A stretch of 64,000 nucleotides of DNA from Salpingoeca rosetta (GCA_033442325.1 JAWQFM010000028.1:1-64000); one strand, 5' to 3'; positions 14,231-37,850 are shown, numbered from the stretch's first letter. A program made the numbers and translations. Notes: generated from the letters alone by a model not told the origin.

Positions 14231-14478
14231 CTGAACAAAGCTGTTGGTTTGGCAGCATGCGTCAGTTCGTCATGTGAGCACATGACTATGGATGGAGTGA
14301 CCAGAAGAGGTGGAGGGTGATGGAGGTCGTGTACAAGCTTGGGCGACAAGCCATAACCACACAGAGAGAGAGACACACNNNNNNNNNNNNNNNNNNNNNN
14401 NNNNNNNNNNNNNNNNNNNNNNNNNNNNNNNNNNNNNNNNNNNNNNNNNNNNNNNNNNNNNNNNNNNNNNNNNNNNNN

Positions 14479-22145
<7,667 letters not shown>

Positions 22146-22172
22146 CCGCTTGTCTGTCTTGTGTGGTGTGGT

Positions 22173-22224
<52 letters not shown>

Positions 22225-22788
22225 CTCTTCTTTCCCTCTGTCTGTTTCTCCTTCCGTATCTTTGTTCGTTCTCGTAACTGTGCCCATATTCGTCTGCCCA
22301 TCAGTCCATTCATCTGCACTTCGAATCCATGTGTTATTTGCCCTCTGCTGAGTCTTCCTTTCCACTTTCCCCACCCAGCTCAGCACGCAGTGCATGAACA
22401 CCTTTTCTACCCACTCGAGCACTTGCCATGTAGCCTTGAGTCGCCAGTAGTGTGTTGTTGTGTAGTTGCTGCCATCCTTGCCTCTCCCTTCCTCTCTTCC
22501 GGCAACAGCGCGTCCTCCGCCTTGTCAACGCATCCAAACCCAGAAGCGTATCGAATTACACGAGCCAGGCACCCAACACCTGCCATTGTGTTCTTTACTT
22601 GGAAGGGGTGGGGGAAAGCAGTGTTGTCTGATAAGAAGAGAAGAGAAGAAGATGTAAGCTTACGTTGGTGATTGGTGTTGTTGTTGGGTGGTGGGAAGAG
22701 TCAGCTGATGTCCACCAAAGCGAGTGCACAAAGTGCCAGTGGGCCAGTTGCATGAGCATTGGCAGGACGCGCGAGTGGCGGGCGGATC

Positions 22789-23288
22789 TTAGGCCTTGAT
22801 GCGGTCCAAGGTCGTGTTCACCATCGCCTGCACGGACAAGGGAAGGCGATGGAGTGGAATGGGTCACGTTGTTGCCACAGTCGATGATCATGCACACACT
22901 CACGCACATTCACACATGTACACGCACACATTCATGCACACACTCACGCACACTCACGCACACTCACTCACACACATTCATGCACACCACACAACAAAGG
23001 ACACACACACACCACGCACACACAATGACGCACCGCAACGTTGTCGTGGATTTGGTGGAAGGGCGCGTTGCACATGAAGGCGGCCGATGTGACAATGTTG
23101 TTGCCGTCGTCAACACACACGGAGGAGAGGTCGTGCGGTTCGTGCGTTGCTCCCATCGTGCGAATCGCCTCAGCCGTGCCTGCAAGCATGCAGCCGTGAC
23201 AGGCGGGTGGTGAGCATGCGTTGTTCCAGCGGATGCTGACAGTCATACAGTGTCACTGGCGTTTGCGCATACACACATGACACACACG

Positions 23289-23375
<87 letters not shown>

Positions 23376-23405
23376 ACACACACACAAACACACACACACA
23401 CGCGC

Positions 23406-23437
<32 letters not shown>

Positions 23438-23817
23438 ACATNNNNNNNNNNNNNNNNNNNNNNNNNNNNNNNNNNNNNNNNNNNNNNNNNNNNNNNNNNN
23501 NNNNNNNNNNNNNNNNNNNNNNNNNNNNNNNNNNNNNNNNNCGCTTAGGTCTGGCGGTCCCCATGATCCTCAACAACATAAGGCGGCCCTTCGGTCCTTC
23601 ACCTTTCTAGGGAATTTTAAATCCTCCCGTAGGTGGGCTCCCGGTGTGTCCTCAGCAATAATCGAAACATCGCATCTACAGGCCGCTCTTAATTGGTCTT
23701 CTTTTCATCGTTGCCCTTCTAACCTACCTTATTACAGATAATAAACCAGCACAATCCCACACACAAACACCAACCCACACACACCAACACAACCCCACAC
23801 ACACACGCCCACACACA

Positions 23818-23861
<44 letters not shown>

Positions 23862-24368
23862 CACTGCAGTGGAGACTGTCTGTGCGTACCCGCATATGGC
23901 CAGTCGTCGCCCTGTGATATCGACGAGCACATCAAGACACACACGAGCACGAACACAAGAGGAGGCGGCGGAGTAAGCACTGGCGAGGACATGACACCAC
24001 TGGTGCTGCACATCACTTGGAGCAGGTGTTGTGAATGCACGTGCAGCAGTGCTCACCTCCTCAAGGCCAACCGTCACTTTGCCCTTGAACAGCTGCGCCG
24101 TAGCAGTTCACGTTGCGGTGGAATCATGGTGGCATGAGCAGCGAGGAAGTCCAAAGGCATCAGGCAGCACAGATACACACACAACACACACACACACACG
24201 CACACACACACACACAACACACACACAGCGCACCTTGGCGGGGATCACGGGAGCGATGCAGCAGAAGCTGGAGCGGTGACGCGAGCAAGCATGAACACAA
24301 GGGGAGAAAGGTGAGCGACACACTGAGCTGCGAACAAGGAGTACAGGCAGACACAGGCGAACAGACAG

Positions 24369-24424
<56 letters not shown>

Positions 24425-25027
24425 ACTCACACACTCACACATGCACAAGTAAAACGCACCCCATTGGCTTCTTTGTGTCGTGGAAGGAACGCACTGCCGC
24501 CTCGACTTCACTGTCAACCTGGTCAACGTCGTCCACAACAGCAAGCGACAAGCAACGTGAGCGGACCGTTGAATGACAGAAGAGCTGCTTCCATTTGCAA
24601 CACACTACGGCAGAGCAGCACGATGCGCACACGAAAGACGCCACGCTGCACGGCGAAGATATGCAGCAAGTGCGGCACACACGTACCGTGCAGTCTGCTC
24701 CCTTGACGGCAAAGTCGCACAGGTTCTTTGCGGCACCGAAGCCGCCGGGAACAATGAGGGCGTCAAACTGGTCTGCTGCAAACTCCGCCATGGGCTTCAC
24801 GTCCCCTGTTGAACCCACGTGCAGTGACAAGACGCCAAGGTGTTTGAGCGTGAAGGATAGTCAATCTCACATGACGACAGCAGTGGAGATGCAATGCAAT
24901 GTCGACTGTGGGTCTCTTATTGAAAGCAACGACATGCTTATGGAGAGACCCCAAGCATTTGCACAGATACGCACACACACACAGAGATACACACACACAG
25001 ATACACACACAGACACACACAGGCACG

Positions 25028-25075
<48 letters not shown>

Positions 25076-25511
25076 TACCGCGAGCGATGCGGGCTGACTC
25101 GAGCAGGACGTTGCGTTCCTCCTTCATCTCGTTGCCGGTGGTGTGGTCGATCACGTGCATCTGGGCCTTGTTGGGTGCAAAGATGGTTGGCTTTGCGCTG
25201 CACACAGAGGCGCAGGAGAAGGAGATGACGTGAGGCCCGAGCAACAAGCAAGACTACTGCACAAGCAAGTTAACAGTAGAGCACAAGCAGCAAACACAAA
25301 CACAAGCAGCAAACACAAACAACAAACAACAGAACGCACCACAAACAGGATGCACAACAAACAGTCAACAACAAACAGCGAACAAGGAAACGCACCCAGC
25401 GCGGGTGATACTGACGAGAGCAGCGGACGCCTCGTGAATCTCTGCACCGTCGTAAACGCCGCAGCCGCTCAGGAAGACGGCCACGCGCCGGCCAGCATGT
25501 CGCAGTGCCAT
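22789..25511 (-). CDS. GATD3: ES1/ElbB/GATD3 protein (DJ-1/PfpI class I glutamine amidotransferase-like, putative glyoxalase/deglycase)
   Basis: [29 protein letters not shown]...[16 protein letters not shown]...[13 protein letters not shown]...[20 protein letters not shown]...KPMGFCCIAPV...WPYAGTAEAI...IVTSAAFMC...IHDNVAAMV...IKA*. ATG 25511, TAA 22789-22791. Confidence 0.93.
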
Positions 25512-25670
25512 GATGGATGGATGGATTGATGGATGGGTGGATGGATGGGAAGTTGGATGGGTCCAGTGGCAGCAGAAATGCGATTGCGATGAAAACTGGT
25601 CCCGACAGCACAAATTTCGCTCTGCGGTGAACGCACGCATCGGATACAAGAACAACAAGCCAGCGACGCA

Positions 25671-26894
25671 ATGGCTGACTACTTGGCGTCCATCTTCGGC
25701 ACGGAGAAGGACAAGTGAGTGTGTGCGTGCAAGACGCTGCTGTGTGTATGCCTCCTGCTGTGTGCTCCATGATGCTTCCGGACTTTACTCACGCACGTAC
25801 ACACAAACACACACACGAACACACACACACACACACATGTCCACGACAGGGTCAACTGCTCCTTCTACTACAAGATTGGTGCCTGCCGTCATGGCGATCG
25901 TTGCTCCCGCTTGCACAACAAGCCCACCTTCTCACAGGTGTGTGTTATGTGTGTGTGTGTGTTTTGTTGTGTTCGTGTTTGCAGCGTCATCAGCAGTCCA
26001 CAACACAATCAGACAACACACTCATTCTCACTCACGCGCTCGCTCACACAAACACACACACACTTACTCTCCCAATCACACACACACTTGCTCTCCCAAT
26101 CACACACACACACAACACCATCGCACGGCGCAACACAGACGGTGCTGTTGCAGAACCTGTACCAGAACCCTGCCAACATGCCTGCGCTCTCGGATGGGCG
26201 GCCGGGCTGCGCCATGACGGAGGAGGAGCTGCAGGAGAACTTTGACAACTTCTTTGCCGATCTCTTCTGGGAGCTTGAGGAGAAGTATGGCCCCATCGTC
26301 GACATGAACGTGTGCGATAACCTCGGCGACCACCTCGTGGGCAACGTCTACATCATGTTCAAGAACGAAGAAGACGCCGAAAAGGCCGTCGAGGACCTCA
26401 ACAACCGCTGGTACAACGGTGAGTTACTCGCGTATGTGTTTTGCGCGCATGTGTGTGTGTGTGTCTGTGTGGCTGTGTGTGTCTGTGTCTATGCTGTGTG
26501 CATCTGTGTGTGCGTGCGTAGGTTTGTTTTGCACACGTGTGTGTGTGCACCCTCGCTGTGTATGATGCACCTGCGTTTTGGTGATGCGCACACATGGCCT
26601 CTTTTTGTCGACGCGCCACTCACGACACCCTCAATGTGCACCACAACACCCGAACAGGCAACCCGATTGTTGCTGAGCTGTCACCTGTCACCGACTTCAA
26701 GGAGGCGTGCTGTCGCCAGTATGAACTTGGCGAATGCACACGCGGCGGTTTCTGCAACTTCATGCACCTCAAGCCCCTTTCCAAGTCAATGCGGTGCGCC
26801 TGCGCACACACACACCCATACACACCACCTGCTCACGTCTTCGTGTTTGCGCCAGAGAGCGAGAGAGACTGTGTGTGTGTGTGTGCGCGCGCGC

Positions 26895-26925
<31 letters not shown>

Positions 26926-27183
26926 CGTGCGTGTGCGACAAGCAGTGCATGCGCGTACCTGCTTCTTCGTCCGCGCGTGTAAGCTCACTGCACCATTGTG
27001 CCTCCTTCCCCATATGCCCTTTGATTCGCCACCATTAGGGACGTTCTGTTTGGCGACCGCCGCCGGGAGGTCAGCCCGGGCAACATGCAGTTTGATGACG
27101 GGTAAGCAGTCGCTGCCTTGCATGCGCATGTGTGTGTGTGTGTGTTGGTGTCTGTGTCTGTGCGTGTGTGTGTGTGTGTGAAA

Positions 27184-27228
<45 letters not shown>

Positions 27229-27628
27229 CGTGCGTCTGTCTATCCGTTTGTCTGTCTATCTGTCTGTCTGTCTGTCTATCTGTCTGTCTGTCTACCTGTG
27301 TATCACTGCGTTTGCGTTGAGGTTGCCATGTATCCTGCTCTGTTTACACCGCCACCACCTCGTCTCACCTCAACCCCCCCCCTTGCCCCATCACCGCCAC
27401 AGCCCGCGCCGTGGAGGGCGTGGCCGCTTTGACCGCCGTGATCGCTTTGACCGCCGCGACCGGGGCGGCCGCCACCACCGCGACAGATACGAGCGCCGCG
27501 ACAGATACGAGCGCTACGACAGATACGAGCGCAGGGACCGCAGCAGGGACCGTGATCGTGACCGTGATCGTGACTTTGGTGGCGATCGCAGGGAGCGCGA
27601 CAGGGACTACGACGACCGCCGCGACTGA
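25671..27628 (+). CDS. U2AF1: U2 auxiliary factor small subunit (U2AF35)
   Basis: [45 protein letters not shown]...[15 protein letters not shown]...[44 protein letters not shown]. Two CCCH fingers flank a UHM, followed by an Arg-rich tail; 6 exons. Confidence 0.97.
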
Positions 27629-27631
27629 GCG

Positions 27632-27714
<83 letters not shown>

Positions 27715-28120
27715 GTTCTCGTGTTTGCGCATATGTGTGTGTGCCTGTCATCTCCAACGTGGTGGAGTGAAGTGTTGTTCCCGCATTGCTGTGACACATG
27801 ATTTCTGTTGTTGCTGCTTCATTCTTCTTGCTTCACGTTTCCCGAGCGATACAAGCTGTTCATGAGACGCGTGCGAAGTGACACTAACGCAAGAGACCCG
27901 AGCGAACAAAACAACATGCAGCGAGGACAGGATCACAGACACAACATGGTCCATTGTTGTATGACTGCGCTGTTGTGGGGGAGGGAACAGGAGGCAGCCA
28001 CGCAACTCTAAGAGAAGACTGCAGGCTGAGCAGGCTGCAGACAGCTGAGGAATGAAGCAGAGGAGAAAGAAGCAAAAGGTTAAGGAATGAACAGCAAAAA
28101 GGTGGCAAAAACAACAGATG

Positions 28121-28192
28121 CTCTCCAACAGGGAATCGAACCCTGGTCTTCCGCGTGACAGGCGGAGATACTAGCCACTATACTATTGGAGA
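28121..28192 (-). tRNA. tRNA-Asp(GTC)
   Basis: TCTCCAATAGTATAGTGGCTAGTATCTCCGCCTGTCACGCGGAAGACCAGGGTTCGATTCCCTGTTGGAGAG: 7-bp acceptor stem, anticodon loop CTGTCAC, GTTCGA T-loop, and downstream T5 Pol III terminators. Confidence 0.97.
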
Positions 28193-28361
28193 CAACCTTG
28201 CTTGTTTTGCGTGGGAAATTTTGCTCTGTTCAAAACAACCCCACACAACCACACACACACAACTGCTGCGATCGTGCAACAACAACAGCCATTCATTCTC
28301 TTTCGCTGTGTCTCCTCCTGTTCCCCTTCAACAACAACAGCAACAACAGCGACAACCAATC

Positions 28362-30581
<2,220 letters not shown>

Positions 30582-31016
30582 CGACATTGTGTGTGGGCGT
30601 TGTGTGTGTGCATGTGTCTGCGTGTGTGCATGTGCATGTGTGTGCATGTGTGCATGTGCATGTGTGTGCATGTGTGCATGTGCATGTGTGTGCATGATTG
30701 CGTGCAACATGCCTTGCCACCCATGAGCCCTGTTGTGTGCACACCACAGTTTGTTTCGTGTGTAGGACAGTTGAACGCGTGGAAGATTGCATCTGCGTAC
30801 ATGCATTGGAGAGAAACGCATTATTGGTGAAAGAGAATGACATAAACAACCCTGTTCATCGACGCATCTGATCCGGTGAGGGAAAGGAAGCGATGTAGCA
30901 CACATGTAAGCGCAGTGAGGCAACGATGGACAACACAAAGCAAAACACAAAGCAGCAAGCAAGCGATCCAAGCAAAAAGAACAGATGCTCTCAAAAGGTG
31001 GCAAAAAGAACAGATG

Positions 31017-31088
31017 CTCTCCAACAGGGAATCGAACCCTGGTCTTCCGCGTGACAGGCGGAGATACTAGCCACTATACTATTGGAGA
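31017..31088 (-). tRNA. tRNA-Asp(GTC), second identical copy
   Basis: The 72 nt are identical to 28121-28192 and the flanks are nearly identical. Confidence 0.97.
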
Positions 31089-32824
31089 CAACATTGCTTG
31101 ATGACAATGTAGAAAATGTATATTTCAATAGAATTCAAGCAAGTTGTGGGGTCAAAGACCTGACGATTGTCTCCATCCACTCCAGTCCACGCTCCCACCA
31201 CCATCGCTTCCCATGTCTAGTCCGCGTGCGTTCACTTATGCTTTCAATGGTATTTATTGTATCCACATGCGTGCGCATCCAAGGGACAACCACACAGCAA
31301 AACAACGATGCGTTGGATTAAGGGACAAGGTAAGGTAATAGACCGCAAGACAGGGTGCGATCGGTGCAACTCCACGAGAGCGACATCAATTCGTCGCTTT
31401 CAGCCAGGAACTTGGAAACTTGTCCAGTCTGAGTAAAGGAAGAACAGGTGCATCACAGCCGCAACAGTGAGTTCGATGTTGATGAGCAAACCAGTCACAC
31501 CACGACAAATAGGTGGAGGTTGTTTGTTGATCAGCGAGGGCAAGAGTCCGTTCATGTGCCACGACATGTGACATCACCCGGTAATTCCAATATAGCGTAT
31601 AATATATGTCCATTCTTCATCATCTCAACCCTTCCACCAAAGGAGGCACAAGAGTGTTTACACAAGGGGTGTGTGACGGCTTACCGAAGCGAAGATGGGG
31701 TTGCGGAAGCAGGCTTGGCCGAAGAAACTTCCACCGTTCCATCGCGCATAACTAGCGGACATTCAAATGGCAGCCTCGGTCAGCCTGCAGTCCCAACAAA
31801 GAAAGATATCAGGTTGGCGTGAGTTGGATACCATAGTGCAGGGCAGCAGTACAGAAAAGGTGTGGGTTTCAACGAGACAAGTTTCAAGAATGCGTGGGTC
31901 GGACTAAGGAAGGCAGACGCAAACCATCACCGCACCAACACCATGAGGTGGATGCTTTAGAGGAAACTGCGAATGAGTAAAAAAGCTTCATCATCCCCAC
32001 GAGAAAGCAGAAGGAAAACAAGACGAGAGAGAGAGAGGAAGGCGGAGAGATAGAGAGAGATAAAGAAACAAACAGCATCAGGCAAAACATGCACATGAAA
32101 ACACTCACTCTTTGAGGTTGGTTGAGCCCGTTGATCCTCAATGCGGTGAGCAGCACCCAGCTACATCCAGCTGCTGTTGCTTTTGAGAAGCGAAGCGAGC
32201 GCGTCCAGTCAAGTCATTCTCAGTTTAGAGATGAGGAAAGAAGAGACGACGGCGTGGCTGTTGCGACTTCAGGTGGCGAGAGCCGGCATCTTCTTGGCGG
32301 TGAGGAAAGGCATCTTCTTGGTCGGTTGGGGAGGGTCGAGTGGAAAATGACCATGCGCACGCACTGCACTCAAACATACACGTTGTGTGTGCGTGTGCGT
32401 GTGTTTGGCCACGTGTGCAGGCACCACTGTGAGTGGTCTCAATTCCCGCCCACGTGGGTAGGCGAAAATTCACCAAAGCTTGTAGGTTTTGCGAATTGCA
32501 GACAAGTTGAAGTGCAATTGGCCAAGCATCACAACGACTACATGCTGACTGTGCTTTTGTTGTGTTGTTGTCTGTCTGTATGATGGCTGCTTCATTTCAT
32601 CCACCACCTCATCCACCACCTCATACTCCACCACATGCCCGCTCCCTCTTCCTCTCTCATGTCACCACACGCTCTATGATCCTCCCCACGCTGAAACAAC
32701 AACAAAAAAGGTTTAAGGATGCAGTAACAACGTAACCACACAGCAAAGCAAGCACACGCGCACACACAAACGAAACAACCACACAAGCACAACACACACA
32801 GTCAAGGTCCAGCGGTGACAGCAA

Positions 32825-33635
32825 TCACTCGAAGAAGACAATGACCACCATGATGGCCACGCCAAGGGCCATGGCAAGCAGCTCCTTCACAGACTGCCAC
32901 AGGCGCGTTTCCTGAGAAGCACACACAGGCACATGCATGTGTGTGTGTGGTGGGGTAAGGCGACAATTGCGAAGAGTGGTGGTAGTGGTGGTGGTCGTAG
33001 GGAGGAGGGGAAGCACAATAAAGCGCATGATGGAACAACCACAGTACAACAGTACAACAGCAGCCATACACGTGTACACATGTACGTACACACATGTACG
33101 CACACACCTCGAGGAGCTCTGGGATGACGGAGACGGTGGCAATGTAGATGAAGCCGCCAGCGGTGAAGAGGAGGATGAAGTTGGTCACGCCCGTCATCTC
33201 GCTGCTCATCAGCCCGCACACCGTGCCAAGCATCGCACCAACAGCCGTCACAAGCTGCAGCATAATCGCCTATGTGTGGTGTATGAGTGTTGTGTGAGTG
33301 AATGGGTGAGTGAGTGGGTGTGTGTGAATGAGTCGGTGAGTGTGTGTCCTGTCGGTGTAAGCGTAAGGAGGGGACAAGTTGTGGCACTGAAACGAAGGAT
33401 ACACACACACACAAACAAACAACGCACGCAAATCAACACACACCTTTGTCTTGCTGTATCCGCTGCGGACGAGGATGGCAAAGTCGCCGACCTCATGCGG
33501 CACTTCGTGCAGGAGAATGGTGACGACCGTCGCATAGGCAGAGGCAGGGCTGCTCACAAAGCACGCGCCAATCGCAAGCCCGTCCGTGAAGTTGTGCGCT
33601 GCATCAGCGGCAAGGTTCAGGAACCCAGCAACCTA

Positions 33636-33681
<46 letters not shown>

Positions 33682-34420
33682 GTTTGTTGTGTACACGTGT
33701 GTGTGTGTGTGTGTGTGTGTTTGTTTGTTTGTTTGTTTGTGTGCGTGTACATGTATGTGTGGGCGTTGTGATGCGCGTGTGAGGGCATCGGGGCCAGCAA
33801 CCACAAGATCTCACCCGAACCACCATGTTTCAACGTCTCCCCGCCCGACCTTAATCTCCTGGGTGTCGTGTTGTGGCGCGGGTGCGTCGTCGTCCTTCTT
33901 CTTGCGCGCAACGGGATCGTGGCTGTGACTGTGACTGTGACTGTGGCCGTGGCCGCCCTGTGTCGCACGGAAACAACAGAGACAACAAGGTTGAAGCACA
34001 CGTGAACGTGACACGCGCACACGGATCAGCACAAATGACAAGAGAAAGACGTTTGAGTGTGCACGTACACTCGCGCTTGCGCCCATGCAAACACAGGCAC
34101 ACATGTACACACACATGCACCCACCTTGATGCCGCGCACAATCTTCTCAATGATGAGGAAGACAAAGATGCCGGAGAGAATATACAAGCCAGAGACAACG
34201 TCCCCAGTGTGGTCGTGGCCGTGGTGGCCGTGATCATCGTGGTCGTGATGATGGTGGTCGTGATGATGATGATGATGATCGTGATGGTGGTGGTCATGAC
34301 CCTCCTTTGCGTGTGGGATCAAGTGCAAGATGGCGTCGCCCAGCAGTCCGCCGGACGCAAACGCCAGCAGCACCTGCTCATCACACAAAGACGCGCAAAG
34401 TTGCATGGAGCGTGAGCTAC

Positions 34421-34457
<37 letters not shown>

Positions 34458-34480
34458 CTGAGTCTGTCTGTCTGTCTGTC

Positions 34481-34521
<41 letters not shown>

Positions 34522-35513
34522 CTGAGTATGTCTGTCTGTGTGTGTCTGCTTCTATGTCTGTGAAGTACTCGCAGAGCTGGCTGGCTGGAGTGAAATCAAA
34601 CAAAGGCAAGGTAAGCGGTCACCTTCAGAAGGGACGAGGTGGCGGGCGAAGACATGTCCACAGGAACCACGTACAGCATCGCGGCAGGCAAGGCGGAGAT
34701 GAGAAACGTCGAGCCCAGCGCCTGCATCCACGTATCCCAGGAGACACCGCTGCTCTTCGCTGCGCCATGATGGTGGCCGTCGTCGTGGTGATGGTGGCCA
34801 TCATCGTGATCGTGACGATGGCCGTCATCTCCATGGTGGTGCTGGTGGTGCTCGGCGTCGCCATGATCGTGATGATGGCCGTCATCTCCATGGTGGTGCT
34901 GGTGGTGCTCGGCGTCGCCATGATCGTGATGATGGCCGTCATCTCCATGGTGGTGGTGGTGGTGCTCAGCATCGCCATGATCGTGATGATGGCCGTCATC
35001 TCCATGGTGGTGCTGGTGGTGCTCGGCGTCGCCATGATCGTGATGATGGCCGTCATCTCCATGGTGGTGGTGGTGGTGCTCAGCATCGCCATGGTCGTGA
35101 TGATGGCCGTCATCTCCATGGTGGTGCTGGTGGTGCTCGGCGTCGCCATGATCGTGATGATGGCCGTCATCTCCATGGTGGTGCTGGTGGTGCTCGGCGT
35201 CGCCATGATCGTGATGATGGCCGTCATCTCCATGGTGGTGGTGGTGGTGCTCGACGTCGCCATGACCGGCATCTCCGTGACCAGCTTCTCCATGAGCGGC
35301 ATCTCCGTGGTCGGTGTGTTGATGACTGTGCACAGCATCACCATGTTCATGCTGGTGATGGTGGGCATCGCTTGCCTGGTGACCGGCGTCCTTTGATGCC
35401 GTGGTGGTCGTCGTGGCTGTCGACGCTGTCGCTGCCACCACCAACAGCAGTGCCACGGCAGCACCCGCCACCACCATCGCCGCCAATCGCCCTCGTTGCT
35501 TCATCATCATCAT
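32825..35513 (-). CDS. SLC39A7: ZIP7/KE4/Catsup (LIV-1 subfamily) zinc transporter with an expanded His-rich N-terminus
   Basis: Signal peptide, then [79 protein letters not shown], ending VIVFFE*. Confidence 0.94.
34808..35263 (-). repeat. Coding 57-bp tandem repeat x8 (HGDAEHH[Q/H][11 protein letters not shown])
   Basis: The period of 57 nt is visible directly (CCATGATCG at 34861 and 34918), and the translation shows 8 near-identical 19-aa units. Confidence 0.95.
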
Positions 35514-35729
35514 CGCTGCTCGCTTCTTGCTTCACTTCTTGCTCGTCGTCTGTCTTGCTTTCACACACACAACAAAAAACGAAAATAAAATTGCCAGTCA
35601 TCCGCGCCAAACCAAAACACCGCACACACACTCACTCATTCCACAACACACACACACACACACGCACACAACACACAAGCACGATCGCTCATCACAACAA
35701 CCACGACAGCAGCCAACTCGACGACCACG

Positions 35730-36538
35730 ATGTCCCTCCACGCGGTGGGTGAGCCGTGATCACGGCGGAGGGAGGTGGTTGAAGAGGGCAGGGAACAGCT
35801 GGCTGCTCGTGGTGTGTGCGTGCATCGCGTGCGTGGTTGCCATGATGTGGGACTGATCAGCTGGCGTTGTTGCTGTTGTTGGTGTGCACGGCAGGTGGTT
35901 GAATCCTCGCGCGCTCTGCGCAAGCACTTTGATGAGAACAAGAGCATCTCCGCCTCCTTGTACATCCGACACTATAGGGACATATCTGGCATGCTCAGCG
36001 GTCTTGGCATGGTGTGTGTCTGTCTGTCTGTTTGTCTGTTTGTCTGTCTGTGTGTCTGTGTGTCTGTGTCTGTGTCTGTGTCTGTGTGTGTGTGTGTGTG
36101 TGTGTGTCTGCGTGTCTGTGTCTGCGTGTGTGTGTCTGTGTGTGTCTGCGTGTCTGTGTCTGCGTGTGTGTGTGTGTGTGTCTGCGTGTCTGTGTATCTG
36201 TGTCTGCATGGCTGTTTGTCTGTCTTTCCGTCAATCCACGCGTACGACCATGCATCCGTTCACTCATGCATGCGTCGTTCTTGCACCCCACCCCTCCCGC
36301 ATGAGCAGGTGTTTTCTTTCGTGACAAAGGACATTGACTCCAAGATCTGCATCCTGGAGACGCACTTGGAGAAGCGAGGTAACACACACACACACGCACA
36401 CATACACACACGCACGCACACACACGCACACATACACACACGCACGCACCAGTACAGCAAGCTCTGCTTCCCCTCGATGTCCGTCAAAGCATGCTTGCTT
36501 CGTTGGCGTGCCCTTAGGGTCTCACATCTTGTTCTGTG

Positions 36539-36598
<60 letters not shown>

Positions 36599-37483
36599 CG
36601 TTTGCCTCAACCAACCACAAACAACAACCAACAACAACTTTGTTACTGCCCCAAGACACCGAAACCCTCGACGATATTGTCCTGGTAAGACGGCATCACG
36701 AGCACCTGCGTCTTTGCGTGCTCCATATGCATGCATCCAGCGCTGTGTGTTTGGCGTTGGTCGCTGTAAAGTCGTGTATTTCATGCTGATGGGGAGGAGC
36801 AACAGCAACAACAGCAACAGCAACAACAACAGCAACAACGACAACAGCAACAACAACAACAACAACACTCCTCACCTCGCATGTGTATCCGTGTCTGATG
36901 ATGCACAACCTGTTTCGCCGTGCTTGCTCGCGTTGGTGCCCCAGTTTGAGGTGAAAAACAAGTGCACCAACACGAAGAAGCCCAAGAGCGCCGCCCGCAC
37001 CCTCCTCCGTCTCCACCGCGCACTCGGTTCGGCACACAAACACAAAAGCACAAAGGCACACGAGCACGTTCCTGCAATACGCATGCCCCCGTTCAGCTGC
37101 CATTGAAGTTTGCGCTGCTTGCTCTAGTGGCATCATGCGCATTTGTTTGCAGGCATCTCACATATCACGCACCAACTCACATCTCACACACCAACTCACA
37201 TGCCCCACGTCTCACGTGACTTTATCACCGTACACGCCGCACCGCTCGCGTTGCTCTTCCTCTCCCCTCTATCGTTTGCATCAATTGCGCGCAGAGTTTA
37301 TCCACCACTTTATTGAGCGGTTGCATGCGCTGGAGCCGAGTGACAGCGCCGTCCCAGCAGCACAGGAAGCATACAGGTACGGACACGCGCGGTGTGCTCG
37401 CCATGCCGTGTGCAACGCAGCACTCGTGACAAGTGGCTGGCGCGTGCGCGTCAAGCTTGAACTGTTTGCGTCAACAACAACAA

Positions 37484-37518
<35 letters not shown>

Positions 37519-37771
37519 CAACAACACCACACACACACACACACACTTGTCTTACCTCACATCTTCCAACTTTTCATACAGACACACTCTGAGCCAGTAC
37601 CATTCGTGGATGATCCGCCAGACAGTGCAGGTTGCACTGCGGACGCTCGACAACAAGGACGCACTGCTGCTTCGGGTGACCAAGACGGAGGACCGGCCGC
37701 ACAAGCACGTGGAACCCAACGCCATCAGGTGCACACATCATGCTGCGTTTTGCATGCACGCATGCACAAGG

Positions 37772-37850
<79 letters not shown>

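Noticed and set aside
22789-23250. Possible separate small gene to the left of the gap at 23442
   Set aside because: Its exons ([11 protein letters not shown]...IHDNVA; [12 protein letters not shown]) are the C-terminus of GATD3.
23542-23745. Atypical sequence right after a gap within a GATD3 intron
   Set aside because: Probably a noisy contig end; no recognisable element.
34808-35263. Regular repeat array considered as CRISPR-like
   Set aside because: There are no unique spacers; it is an in-frame coding tandem repeat in a eukaryotic gene.
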